The notes: generated by a model not told the origin, from the sequence alone. 62,986 bases of DNA, filler included, from Parasitella parasitica NRRL 2501 (GCA_025201805.1; 9 parts of 9 records of this genome joined end to end with filler, not necessarily neighbours in it), one strand, 5' to 3'. Shown: positions 50,810 through 62,986, counted from the whole stretch's first letter. Numbers and translations: made by a program.

Positions 50810-51527
50810 TATTTTTTTTTATTTTTGTTTTTCTCATAAAATCACGATTAATTTGGCTAAGTAAACACCTAAATCCTAAAAACAAAAAAACAGGGTTTCC
50901 CCCTGTTTTGATGTAAGGCGGAACTTAAAATTCGACCAAAAATAGAAATTGGTAGAATTTCAATGAATACCCCCCCTAAATAGCCGAAAAATGCCTTACC
51001 ACACTTCACAGCTTCGGATAAAATGGCCCATCTCAAGAACTGCTAGGGTAAGCACAGTCAATGAGTAAAAACACCCCACATGCTTCTGTAACACTCCAAC
51101 TTACGCTTTTTTCACATCCAATTAGCGGTTCTGCCATCTTCAATGATAGGCCACCCACTTGACATAAAGACAGAACCAAAACTACAAATGTAAAGCAAAA
51201 AATATTTTTCAATTAGTAAAAAAGCTCTTACAAAAATATAATAAATGATAATACCTGAATGAACTACTGCATTAGAAATACGCCATTCTGTATATTGTTT
51301 TCTTGTGATAGGTACTATAAAAAAATGCGTATGAGAGTGTTAGTTATCTTGTTTTAGAAAACGTGTGTAATATTTACTGTTTTTAAGGAAAAAATCAACT
51401 TTACCCAGGTTCAAAGAGGTACAACGTATAATACCAGCAATAATGAACAAAAATTGCATGCGTTTGGATTGTAGATGATCAAGTATGAGAGTATATAGTA
51501 GTAACATAATAGCGTAATAGAAGTAGA
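50810..51527. repeat. Dispersed ~700-bp non-coding repeat, copy 2
   Basis: Colinear with 12620-13305 in the same orientation. Confidence 0.85.
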
Positions 51528-52844
51528 NNNNNNNNNNNNNNNNNNNNNNNNNNNNNNNNNNNNNNNNNNNNTTAATTAATTAANNNNNNNNNNNNNNNNN
51601 NNNNNNNNNNNNNNNNNNNNNNNNNNNAACGGGAGGCATTTTAATTACTATTTTTGGAAAAAAGTGAAGTTTCTTTGAAGGTAAATGCAGTGAAAGTTTA
51701 TAAACAAAACAAATTCGAATCATTTAAAAAATATCTGTGTATGCAATAAACTTTGTACGCATAGAGCGTAATTGTAAAAAATCAAACCCTCATCCATTCA
51801 AAAATCTTCATTTAGCATCGGCCCAACTGGGCTGACCTAATCTATACTTGTTAATTAATAAACGTTCCAAAACATATTCAAGTAAATTAAACCCGATGAG
51901 TGGTTGCTATTTCGCTTTGAAACCCGTAATCAAAAATACCTGTGGCACAAGATACCGTGCCTTTGAATACGGTAATGCAGCAGAGACTGTCGGCAAACAT
52001 CTGAAAAATTACAGCTAGCAACGGTTGTTCAACCAACATCCCAACGCGTTCCATAGATCGTGAACATTTGCTCTAGAGCAGCTCGAACTACCTCGAAACG
52101 CTTTTGATTCTTTGAGCTAAAACATGGCTCGATTTGAGCAAATTAAGAGAAAAGCGACGATTTGTATGCCTAGCAGAGTCGTAGTGATACGCGCAGCACA
52201 GAATTCTCACATTGGCCTCTTCATTGTTAGTGATATAGATACACACGCAGCGAAGCAAAGGCATGCTATAACCTTTTCCTTGAGCCATCACATGATGCCA
52301 ACGACTTTTAACAGCGAGCTATTAGTCAAGCCTCGGGTAAAGAGACGATGCAAAATTTGAAGAGTAAAGCTTATGTCGCGTCAAACTGGTGTCTCACAAC
52401 GCCCCTCATTTCATTCACAAGTTCGATACATACGTTGAACACTGTGTCACTCTATCTTTATTAAAAAGAAAAAAAAACCGAGATTAAAAGTTCTCAACAA
52501 GATGAAACCATTGACAGCAAACACGTTTATGAAATATAGACGATTTATTTTATCTTGTATTAATGCGGATGTGAGAGAGAAAAGGGGAATAGGGTGGGTG
52601 AAAGTGAATTAAATAAATGGTGATAATAATAATAATAATAATAAAAAAAAACCATAAATAACTTGTATAAAGAAACGGGAATCTACGTTGAACATGGAAG
52701 CAGTTTTGGGGGTATCAAAATAACAAACCCTAGTGTTGCTCATTATATTATTAAAGAAAAAGAGAAGATGACATATGTAAAGTTGCTAGAGAAAAAAAAA
52801 ACAAGAAGGATAAAAAAAGACATGCAAAATGGCGCAATGCTGAT

Positions 52845-53833
52845 TTACATGCCCATTTGATACATTCTCTCAAGAGCTTGTTTTTGTAAAACAGACTCTT
52901 GGAACTTTCTCAGCTGCTCATTCTCATTCATCATACGTTCTAGTTCAGCCAGCAAGGAAGCTTGGTTCTTTTTCAAGTGCTGCAAATGCTGAACAGCTGC
53001 CAGAAGAAATAACAAGAAACAGGTTAGATCGAATAACATCTGTAGTTTTACAAAAAACTTACTGCGATGTAATAAAGCGGCTTTACTCATTTTCTTGTTA
53101 ACACAACCAGGTAAGTGCTGACGCAGCTCTTCAAAGCCATCCTTGATTTGGGCACGACGTTTCTGTTCAGATTGAATGTGAATCTGACGACGTACTTCTT
53201 GCGCGGAAACTCCATCAGCATCATCCTCGAGGTCGCTGCTGGACGAGCTATGGTTGGACTGATCCTGGTCATCTTGATCCTTTTTACTGTTGTTGGTACG
53301 TCTGCGTTTCTTGCTGTTGGACGATCCATTCTCGTAGGTTTCCTTGGAGTACTGGTGGAACTCGGGCAAGAATGACTCGGGCAGTTTGTTGACGCTGGCA
53401 ATCTTTTCATTAATAGTAGCTTGGTGATGAGGCGATAATAAAGGTGTAGAGACAGTGGCAGGAGAGAGGCGACTGGACATGGATTCGGGGCTCGAGGATC
53501 CTTGCTGCTGCTGCTGCTGCTGCTGCTGTTGCATGCTGGTGGTAGACGAAAGAGGGCTGGGAGCGACATGACATGTAGGTTGGTACATGTCGTAGGATCC
53601 AGGTGTCATCATGATAGGTTGACTCAATGTATCAAGCCCATTAGTATCAAAGTAACCAAATGCTATATTAAATGACGTCAGTTGAGCCATGTAATCTCAA
53701 GTTTGATATGCTTATTTTTTATAGTACCTGAAGGATAGAGCTGAGCATCGTAAGACTCGACCTTTGGCACGGTAGAATAGTTGGTGGGCATGATGTACTC
53801 GTCAAAGCCGAATTCAGTTTCAATGTTGTTCAT
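52845..53833 (-). CDS. Max/Mlx-like bHLH-leucine zipper transcription factor
   Basis: RRQIHIQSEQKRRAQIKDGFEELRQHLP...SKAALL, then a zipper; ATG at 53833; two introns. Confidence 0.9.
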
Positions 53834-54414
53834 TTCAAGAGGGAGAAAGGAGGGTTTGGGGGGATGTATTTTTTTTTGCTGAGATTGGGGGTTAGCTGAA
53901 GGAAAGTATGCTGCAAAAAATTGAATGTTATTAGCTGGTATTTAAAGAGTGATAACCAACTAAAGCAATCTGCTTGGGGAAAAGGAGGAGAAAGGGTTTG
54001 TATATATGAGAAGAAGAAAAAGAGAAAAGGTGGGTAGGGAAGCATGGTTTTATAGATGATTTCGCCTGGTAGTGCTCATAGATTCAATTATTAACGTTGC
54101 ACAAAATATAATTCTTGTTATCAGGTTTTTAATAAGCTTGCATCCTTTTTTCTTTTTGTTTCTGTAGCGGGGCATCTGCACGTAATTTTTTTTTTGTTCT
54201 TGCGTGCATATCACTGTGAGAACTTGGCAGCAAACAATGCCTAATGTTGCAAGCTCCATGAATGAAGCACCTAGCTTTAAGCAACAGACGTTTAAAAAAA
54301 AAGTTCAATATATATTTGAGTAACCCTTCTGATAGTTTTATTGGACTGAGCATTGTTACACTTCTTTGTTCTCAAACTCCACGCCCTCTCACTGTCTCTT
54401 GCCCGCTTCCCCTT

Positions 54415-54445
<31 letters not shown>

Positions 54446-55453
54446 NNNNNNNNNNNNNNNNNNNNTCCTTGATTCCTGTGAACTAAATTGTAAAAAAAAA
54501 TAATCTCGGTATTGTTGGTACCACTCTTTGGAAAGATGTTTATGGGAGGTGGTTATCGATTACGACAAGCGTCAATTGCATGAATGTAGCTGTCATGTAA
54601 TAAAACCGTCAATTGACTTTCTTGTAACTCTACAATGGATGCATGAGACATCTGTGCATCTGCAATTGTGTCATCCGTCGTCCTTGTCGATACATTGAGC
54701 TTGAACCGTAATTAACGGAAAAAAAAAAAAAACGAATGACTTTTCGTTACATAATGTCATCTGCGGTCAGATAGCATGCCTTGGATATTTGCGTATATAT
54801 TCATTGTTCGAAATAATGAAAGTCGCGCATTTCGGCTTTGGAGATTCACATCAGAGCCCCCCCTTATTTAAGCAGCTTGATGAGGTCTAGAGCCGTATAT
54901 AAGTATCAGCAGCAGCAGTTGTACAGAAACTAAAATCCAATCACTTTCAGAATATGTGCAATCGTGAAAAAGTGCCATTCATTTAGGCACAAGCATATTT
55001 TGATTGATGTGCTGCATTGCTTTTCATTATTATACACAATATACAATATTTCTTTTCCTTACTTTCAGGAACACTTGGGGGGTCGCATGGTCAGTAGCGA
55101 TGCAATACGAAGATCAGTGTCTTGATTGCCCTCCAGCATTCTCCAGCATCATGCAATCGATTGGTCTTTTGCTTTAGTATAAAGTGCGCTAAACCGAAAA
55201 CTTGACTTTGAGAATAATGTCTCCAGTCTATTCGTTTATTTCTGCTGTGTAAAGAAACCATCGATTATTACATATCCCCTCCCCCACAAAAAAAAGAAAA
55301 AATCAAAAAAAACTATTAATAGCCCACAAGGCCAAAGATTATCGCTATAATCAAGACCAACTTGTATAAAAAAAAACTAGCATTGGCGCTTGTTGCTATG
55401 TATTCTAGGGTATCACAATAAATCATGTTTTTTTTTTGTCTGCAGACTAACGA

Positions 55454-56166
55454 TTATGGCAAGTCCTCTATCATCTCAATGGAGCAGATATCGTCCCAGT
55501 CGTGCAATGCCGATTCAACTATGTTGGGTTGATTGATCCAAACAGACAGCAGTACCACGCCCTCGTCTCGTGTTGTGATCCCAGAGAATCCAGTTGACGA
55601 TGCCAGAGATTTTTTGGTGTCAAGCTCTTGTCTGTACATGTCTGTGATGGCGCCCAGTCTCTCCACTACACACAGCTTGTTAGATCTAGGAGCTTCCCGC
55701 AATATTGCACATGTTACCAAACGTAATCAAAGGACATGTTCGGTATATGGGCTGCTTGTCTACAAAGTCTGCTCCCTGCGAATCTTTTGCACGGTCGTAG
55801 ACAGCTGCCAATTCTTGATACAGGTTTCGCATTTTGCTGTACTGCTTGGCCATTTTGTCAACCAAGTCTATTAGACGGTCGTTTTGCTTTTCTATCAGAA
55901 ACTGCATTTTGGCGTCGAATTTCTGTATGATGCTTGGGAACTCGAGGGTCAATTGAGGATGCCAGTACTGTGTTTCGTCTACATATCTATCTTTCCGGTC
56001 AAATGCCAATCCGTATTGCCCGTTTTTCTATGCGACAGTTTATACCTTGACTGGATGACCAGATTGGTCAGTGTGTTTGACGTTGGGAAAGAATGCGAAT
56101 TGATCTCATCCCATGCATCGCGGGCTCTCTTGAACTCCTCTATCAACGTACTTAGCTTCCTTTGAA
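55454..56166 (-). CDS. CINP: CINP (CDK2-interacting protein)-like; start lies in the gap
   Basis: WDEINSHSFPTSNTLTNL, PIYRTCPLITF, MYRQELDTKKSL and LSVWINQP align with recalled animal CINP motifs (WETLNDAGFTTANNIANL, PLFHTWP, MYRKELLLK, LSMWLHQP). Two introns. Confidence 0.75.
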
Positions 56167-56334
56167 NNNNNNNNNNNNNNNNNNNNNNNNNNNNNNNNNN
56201 NNNNNNNNNNNNNNNNNNNNNNNNNNNNNNNNNNNNNNNNNNNNNNNNNNNNNNNNNNNNNNNNNNNNNNNNNNNNNNNNNNNNNNNNNNNNNNNNNNNN
56301 NNNNNNNNNNNNNNNNCATCTCTTCGTTGATATA

Positions 56335-58713
56335 ATGGTGCAAGGTAAAAAGTAGGACAAGGTGATGCAGTTGCATCAGTATCTGCTAACACTCTCTTTT
56401 TTCCACACAGACGATAAAGAGGTTTGTTTTGTCCGACATTTGAGCTTTTGAACAAGAAGCATGCTGATGTAAAAAGAGCAGACTTTAGAAAACCAAATTG
56501 TCGAGCTTACAAAGGATCTGGAAGCGAGCAGCAAGGACAACAAGGCAACAGCGGAAATCCTTCTCAAACGAGCACAAGTCTACGAGTCCTTGGATGAAAT
56601 CAGCAAGGCAACAGACGATGTACAGACGGCGCTCAAACGCGATCCTCAAGCGCAAGCGCAAGCCAAAGAGTTGCTTTCTCGCTTCAGCACCCACAAATCA
56701 CAACAGGCACCCGCCGCCATCAGAGATCAGCAGGAGGAAAAAGACCCCCGAGCCTCTTCTTTCCAGAAACACTTGGCAGATCTCGAGAGCTCAAAGGATG
56801 TAGCAGCCATTCGTCGATTCGTCAGCTCTAACGATTTCGTGCTTGTTTTGACAGCTTGTGGCACTCCCGATACCCCTCCTCGCATCAAGAGCCTGTCATT
56901 CATGATACTGACTCGGCTCTTCAACCCGCAAGGAGACACCAAGTCATACCCCATGACATACATCATTGAGCAGTGTGCAGCATGTTTTTCCCATTGCATG
57001 GATCAAGGCAAAAACGAGTCCAAATTACTGGCATACCGCACATTGACGGCCATTTTCCAGACCAGCATGACTGTAGGATCTGCCATCTTGTGCCAAGAGG
57101 GGACTGTCGAGGAGATGATGGATGTCGTAGAGTATGAAATCGCACAGGTGCAGTTAGCCATTGCAGAGGTTCTGACTATCGCTTCATCCGACAAGAGCTG
57201 CCGCAAGCAAATTCTCAAATACGCTGCCGTGTGGCTGGCTAGAATGGTAAGCCAGAGCAACACAGATCCTCAGCTCAGGGCAGCTGCTGGTACTGCACTG
57301 ACCAAACTTCGAGCCCAGTCTAATTTGCCTGCTGACGATGACACTGCCACCTCGAGCGTAACCACAGCAACGCCTACACTGGAAGAGACGATGCGCAAAA
57401 TGAACCTCACCAATGACACCTTGATCGACTCTCTCAAAGACATTATTAAATCGAAATCATCGGATGGCACGTTGGTATTGAATGCCGTGGAGGGCTTGGC
57501 ATACGCCTGTTTGCAACCTGATGTGAAAGAGTCTTTGGGCAGCGATAAAGAGTTTCTCAAATGTTTGTCTACGCTGACGATCAGCACAGCAGATAAGGAC
57601 ACAGCCAGATCGAACCCGTTGCTGTTTGGCATTGGAACTGTTTTAGCCAACCTCACCATGTATCGACCTGTCATGGATGAGCACCAGAAACAGATCAAGA
57701 AACTAAGGGATTTAGCCAATGCAAAGCAACGACAGGCAGCGGGAGGACCAGCCAAGCAAGAGGAAAAGGAAGACGCACGCGAGGATGATGAAGCCGTGGA
57801 TAAACGCATTAAAAATGCCATCGAGCAAGGCGCCGCCGTGGCTTTGATGGTGCTGTCCAAGAATAGCAGTGTTAATATTCGTACCGTGGCCGCACAGACC
57901 TACCTCAATTTGGTCACACCACAGGCTACTCGGGGTCTGCTGATACAGCAAGGCATTGTTAAAGGCTTACTACTGTTGTCTCGTGATACTGACCACGGTA
58001 TTTTGGCCTCTCAGGCTCTGGCCAAACTTGCCATCACGATGGATCCTCGCATCGCATTTGTGGGCGACACAATGTTGGATTTGGTTCGCCCCTTTCTGAC
58101 ATTATGTAAAGACAATTCGCAGTTACGACAGTTTGAGGGATTGATGGCCCTGACAAACCTAGCATCGGTGGACGACCGTGTGCGCCAATCGATCGAGCAT
58201 GCAGAGGGGATGGCCGTCTTTGAGAATCTGCAGCTGTCAAACAACGACATGGTGCAGCGTGCGGCTACCGAGATGGTTTGCAACATGACATTCTGTGATC
58301 CCGTCTTTGAGCGCTACAGCGACCCGTCCAAATCACAAAATAGAATTCGTCTATTAATGATTTTATCAGACCATGACGACCCTGCGACTAGACGTGCTGC
58401 GTCAGGCGCATTAGCAATTTTGGCAAATAGTCCTAGCACATGCGAGATGATTTTAAAAGTCGATAAATGCTACGAAAGGATGATGAGATGGCTTTCGCTG
58501 GAGGAAACGGCAGACGTGCAGCACCGTGGTATTGAGGTGATACGTTGTCTGATCCAGCATCAAGGAAAATCTGCGGTGGATGCGTTTGCAAAAGCGACTG
58601 CGGATGAAAAACTGACCGAGATAGTCAAACAATGCAAAGTGCAAGTTGTGCGCTCTGCTGCTATGGAGGTTTTAAAGATGTTTGTGCAAAATGGTGTTCA
58701 GTTGAAAGCTTGA
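56335..58713 (+). CDS. she4: UCS-family myosin chaperone (UNC-45/Cro1/She4)
   Basis: AVEGLAY, RGLLIQQG, ASQALAKL.I..DP.IAF, LRQFEGLMALTNLAS, VQRAATE.VCN and RRAASGALAIL. 5' exons at 56335-56344 and 56411-56421; main exon from 56482. Confidence 0.92.
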
Positions 58714-59073
58714 TCTTTGTTTTTAATAAAGTTTTTCCATTTTACCGCTGCCATAGGATGATGCCTTTTGGCTTCATTTTGTACAGTATCATAACTAAAA
58801 AAAATAATTTTAGAAATAAAAATAAATTTATTTCCTTCAATTAAAAATGCAAAAAAGTCGAGAACCTTCCTAATTCAGAAGGTAATAACTGAATATTTCC
58901 CTACATTTGAGACAGTAAAATTAAATCCTGACTTGCCACGAAATCTCGTTATTATTAGAGCCCTGAAGTTAGANNNNNNNNNNNNNNNNNNNNNNNNNNN
59001 NNNNNNNNNNNNNNNNNTTAATTAATTAANNNNNNNNNNNNNNNNNNNNNNNNNNNNNNNNNNNNNNNNNNNN

Positions 59074-59453
59074 CTGTCATGTATGTTCCTGCCAGTAGAC
59101 CATGCCGTAGCCGACTTGTTCGGTACCGCATGGGCTGGCTACCTGGTAAACCTCGACCTTGTGTCTGCACCACGGATCACACCTCTCGCCGTCATCTTGA
59201 CGAATGCCCCTCTCTCCCGCCTCTCTTGATTTCGTCCTTGCCAACACCACCAGATTCTTTTCATGGTACAATTATTGACCATGCACTGAATCTGCTGCCG
59301 ACCTCCCCCTCCTCCTCCAACTGTCCACCCTGGTGGACTGATCTCTGTACTCTTCTTTGGCATTTCGACCAACTTTGTAATCCTGATGGGGATTACACAA
59401 CGGATCCTCCGCCTGGACAATTGTGGGCTTCCCCGGCCTTACAAACGTCCTAA
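59074..59453 (+). mobile_element. 3' end of a non-LTR retrotransposon ORF2 (Cys/His C-terminal domain)
   Basis: RSRLVRYRMGWLPGKPRPCVC..DHTSRRHLDECP...WW..L..LLWHFD.LC; C-rich coding strand typical of LINEs. Confidence 0.8.
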
Positions 59454-60027
59454 TACTTTCCTGATCTATGGTGAACCGGCTGTGATTTGCTCCCTCTGTT
59501 TGTCCCTCCACTGCTACAATCTTTTTTCTATGCACGATGCGAGGGCATCCATGTTGTCATTGACCTTCCTTATTAGCCATATGCATCCCCTCCACCACCC
59601 TGACCATCCTAGATGTCATCGTTGGTCTGAGATATCTTTTGCTTCCTTTTTTTCTTTTCGGACATAGTTCCTGATCCCAACTTTTTGTTTCCCAATGCTT
59701 GCAATAATGATCAAAAGATCGAATGCAATATAGCATTTGTTTTATTAATTCTTCATTTCATATTAATAAACATCCTAAATTTTCGCCTGAGCTACATCCC
59801 CATCTCTTTCCGTTTTTCATCACTTTTTGCTACCTTTGCTTTTTGGTAGTAAAAGTTCTCATATCTTTATAAAAAAAACATTTTATTCTTAACAAATAGT
59901 CTTCAGAGCAATACAAATTATATCACTAAACTTGTGTTTAACCTTAGTTTATTGCATATAAGTTTCTGTTTTTTTGGACAAACTGCCAGTTTTTTTCTCC
60001 AAAAATCTTTACAACTTTAAAACTAGA

Positions 60028-60993
60028 ATGTCAACATTCAATATCAAAGCTCTCAAGACCTTTGATATCAACCAGCTCCCTCAGTTGCTCGGGCATATTC
60101 AAGAACAACTTGATTCAGTCCAAAAGAAGGTCCATGAGCATGATAATCTTTTGGAACGTCTGGATAAGTTGGAACAGGAGAATCAGGCCTTAAAAAATGA
60201 TCTAGTAACAAAGGACCTTGTTATTCAAAAATTAAAAGGTCAGTTAACACGTGGCAATGCACGTCCTCTATCTCCTGCAGCCGATCAGGAAACCTTCATT
60301 CAGGCTTCGGATTACCAAATCGAGCCTCAACCAAAACAAGCAGCTATTGCCACGAGCAATGCGTATCTGAATGCTGCCAAATCAGGTGCTAAACGTTCTG
60401 ACCCTTCCGTTACTGCCAAGCGACGTCTTGCTGCGGGTCGTCTTTTTAAGTCTCCCGAGGCCAAGGGTCCCCAAGGTTACCAATATGTTTATATTGGTCG
60501 ATCTGGTAAGATCCAAAGATCTGAAATTCGCTCTGCCTTCCGCAAGGTTGGTGTGGATACTGGCCGTGTCCTTGATATCTGTTTCCCTGCCTCTGGCGTC
60601 ATTGGCATTCTTCTGCACGTTCAATACGTGGACACTTTCCTTGCTTGTATGAAGAAATGCGAAGCTGAGACCATTGAGCAATTCGAACCTTTAGATCCGA
60701 AACATATTGCAGACCCTCAATATGACTCTCTGGACAGCGAGGAACGTGAATCATTGATCTATGAATTCACCAACACTCGTGCCCTGCAAACCCTTTCCTT
60801 CCTTCGTCCACTTAACGTTAGTGGCGTTGGTAAGTACTTTGTCTCTGCTGGTTGGATCTCCCAAGAGGAACTCGATTCAGCTGTGTCTGCTGCATTGGGG
60901 CGCTTCGCTGAAAAGGAGCCCAAGAAAGCTACCTTTTTGTTCAAGCGCAGAAAAACAGCCGCTGACAGCAATAGCTCTGCTATGGAACTTTAA
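60028..60993 (+). CDS. Non-LTR retrotransposon ORF1 (coiled coil plus RRM-like domain)
   Basis: N-terminal coiled coil; GYQYVYI...RSEIRSAFRKVGVDTGRVLDICFPASGVIGILLH. The stop codon overlaps the ORF2 ATG. Confidence 0.8.
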   Translation: MSTFNIKALKTFDINQLPQLLGHIQEQLDSVQKKVHEHDNLLERLDKLEQENQALKNDLVTKDLVIQKLKGQLTRGNARPLSPAADQETFIQASDYQIEPQPKQAAIATSNAYLNAAKSGAKRSDPSVTAKRRLAAGRLFKSPEAKGPQGYQYVYIGRSGKIQRSEIRSAFRKVGVDTGRVLDICFPASGVIGILLHVQYVDTFLACMKKCEAETIEQFEPLDPKHIADPQYDSLDSEERESLIYEFTNTRALQTLSFLRPLNVSGVGKYFVSAGWISQEELDSAVSAALGRFAEKEPKKATFLFKRRKTAADSNSSAMEL

Positions 60994-61168
60994 TGAGTTC
61001 TTTAGCAGCTACTACAACACATAATACTTATGCCAACAACAACCCCGTCCACTCCTTTCCTATGTCTATGTCTCTTTGGAACGCAAATGGTCTACGTCAA
61101 TCCGTAGTCCATGATGTTCTTTCTCATGCTCTCAATACCAATATACTTATGGTTACTGAAACCTGGCT
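60993..61168 (+). CDS. Non-LTR retrotransposon ORF2, AP-endonuclease start (cut by gap)
   Basis: SLWNANGL...ILMVTETW. Confidence 0.85.
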
Positions 61169-61268
61169 NNNNNNNNNNNNNNNNNNNNNNNNNNNNNNNN
61201 NNNNNNNNNNNNTTAATTAATTAANNNNNNNNNNNNNNNNNNNNNNNNNNNNNNNNNNNNNNNNNNNN

Positions 61269-61450
61269 CCTCCTTGAGTTCATATGCTGGCGTGCTATCA
61301 AGATATTGTGATATGTCCAATGGCAATTCTGAGCCATGTACCCTTTCTTCTCTTTGTTGTCGCTCTTCCAGTTGGAGGCGCTTAAATAATTCAAATGCCT
61401 CGGTAGTAGTAAGGTATTTTGTTGTTTGATCATCATTGATATCACTCATA
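61269..61450 (-). mobile_element. 5' end of an ORF running into a gap; possibly the gag-like ORF1 of a DIRS element
   Basis: MSDIND...EAFELFKRLQLEE...ELPLDISQYLDSTPAYELKE. Resemblance recalled, not verified. Confidence 0.35.
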
Positions 61451-62367
61451 GTTTGTTCCACGATGCGCGGCTTTGAAAGATATAGGGAAGAAAGGGATTC
61501 AAATTTATTATTACTATATATATGAAAAATAAAGCGTGGCTCTGAGAGCATTTACCACATTGGAAGCCGAAGCGGAGGCAACTGAGATTGTTATAGGTAC
61601 GACAAACAATTTCGTACTTGTTATAGGAACATATGCTGTAAAATTTGGAAAATCTGCAAAATCTGGTTTTGGCAATATCTCGACAGCAAAGATAGATATC
61701 GAGACCCGGAAGTCGCAGTGAGTTACAGTTATTATGCCAGTATTAGGATATATACTTGGCTTGGACCACAAACTCTTACCTAAAAAGGACCCTGAAGGTT
61801 GACCCAAAGTTGAAAACTGAAAATCCAAAATGAGGTTTGGGGGTCCAAACATGTCAAAATCTGAAAATTGATCAGAAGTGCCTGAGGCTTGAATATGTTG
61901 TGCAACAGTGCAAAAAAATAGGATTTTGGCTGAAGGCTATATCTCTATCGCTTAGCAGTTTGCAAAGATATTAGAGATTGCAGATTATGCCTTTAAGCGA
62001 GGGGAAAAGGTGATGTTTATGATTTGGTGGCCTTTCTTTCGACCAAAACATGAAGCTACATAAAAACAGCTTTTGAGCCCGTATTATTCAGTATCTCAGC
62101 TATCGACTCATATTGAGATATACCCAAGCTACCTATTAGAGTGATGCTTTGCTCTTCAATTGAGAATAGGTAGTACACTTATTTACAGCAACAAAATAGG
62201 CTATAGATTGAATCTCAGCAGTGTGTTTCCATTTGGCCCTTGTTAGATATCTCTAGAAAATAATAAAAATATCGGATTTGCACTCCAAGTGTTTTATAGC
62301 AATAAAAGCATTACAGTTGACGAAACTAGGTTGGGCCAATGAAAATAAATTTTGGTCATTTCCAAAT

Positions 62368-62481
62368 TGAGTTGAGACACGATTACAAAAATGGGTCACG
62401 AATACGAAAATGGGACGTTAATATGAAAGTGGGACATCAACATGAAAATGGGACACATAAGAGAATACGGGACACGAACAC
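62368..62481 (+). repeat. Degenerate 19-bp tandem repeat (x6)
   Basis: Units such as GAAAATGGGACGTTAATAT, GAAAGTGGGACATCAACAT and GAAAATGGGACACATAAGA. Confidence 0.8.
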
Positions 62482-62986
62482 AACTGTGGAACTATACCGA
62501 ACAGATTCAAAGAGTTTTTTTCTTGGTTCAATTTAAGGGTGCAGCCCTGAAAACAGCAACCCTTTATAGAACTTGTATTATATTCTAGTACTTTATGATC
62601 TAAGTGCCAAAGTCAAAATTTATTAGTGTACAATTTTTACTTGGCTAACAAGGCCTTTAAGTAATAGCTGAAACAATTCTGCTCAGGTCTAAAAATGAAT
62701 TGAATATGTTATCTTGTTTTTCTATTATTGTTATACCCAATGCCAAAATGGGTGCTCTTACCAAAAAAGAAAAAAAAAAGCATGATATACATCAGTATTG
62801 CGATTGAAAAAAATCAATCAGGTTTGTTGATTAATTGAGTTGGTAAATAGACAGAAAAGTAGATTGACAAGTAGTACTTTGAAAGCTTTGTATAGATTCA
62901 TTTCAGTTAAAATCTGGATGAGGATATTCTCGATGAAAACTAGCTAGGTATTTATAATTTATTAAAAACAGAGTCTGGTCTTGATA

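Noticed and set aside
43500-51627. Centromere or pericentromere
   Set aside because: The region is TE-rich, but flanked by dense genes, fragmented by gaps, and has no recognisable centromere motif.
51890-51930. Hammerhead ribozyme-like CCGATGAG...GAAAC
   Set aside because: The core is not CTGATGA and no convincing stems I-III were found.
62368-62481. CRISPR-like repeat/spacer array
   Set aside because: Units are only 19 bp, repeats are degenerate, the context is eukaryotic and there are no cas genes.

Overview
A eukaryotic fungal scaffold, most likely Mucorales/Mucoromycota. This is inferred from short GT-AG introns, compact genes and the LINE, DIRS and Ty3 families present. It has eight artificial 100-bp N/TTAATTAATTAA linkers and two plain N gaps. 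Host genes: 3' exon of an SR-type protein, two Zn2Cys6 factors, a tail-anchored coiled-coil protein (KASH-like candidate), SREBP (Sre1), a GRAM/VASt sterol-transfer protein, divergent CMS1 and RRP3, a Sel1-repeat protein, a Yap-like bZIP, Egt1, a Max/Mlx-like bHLH-ZIP, a CINP homolog and a UCS (UNC-45/She4) chaperone. Repeat islands lie between the genes. One is a decayed Ty3/gypsy element carrying four solo LTRs, each with its own 5-bp TSD and apparently antisense to the host. The others are more solo LTRs, a second gypsy pol, DIRS and Tc1 remnants, two LINE families (one head-to-tail with a TAATG stop-start junction), a 450-bp tandem duplication and several dispersed non-coding repeats. All family assignments come from motif recognition by eye; no searches were run.
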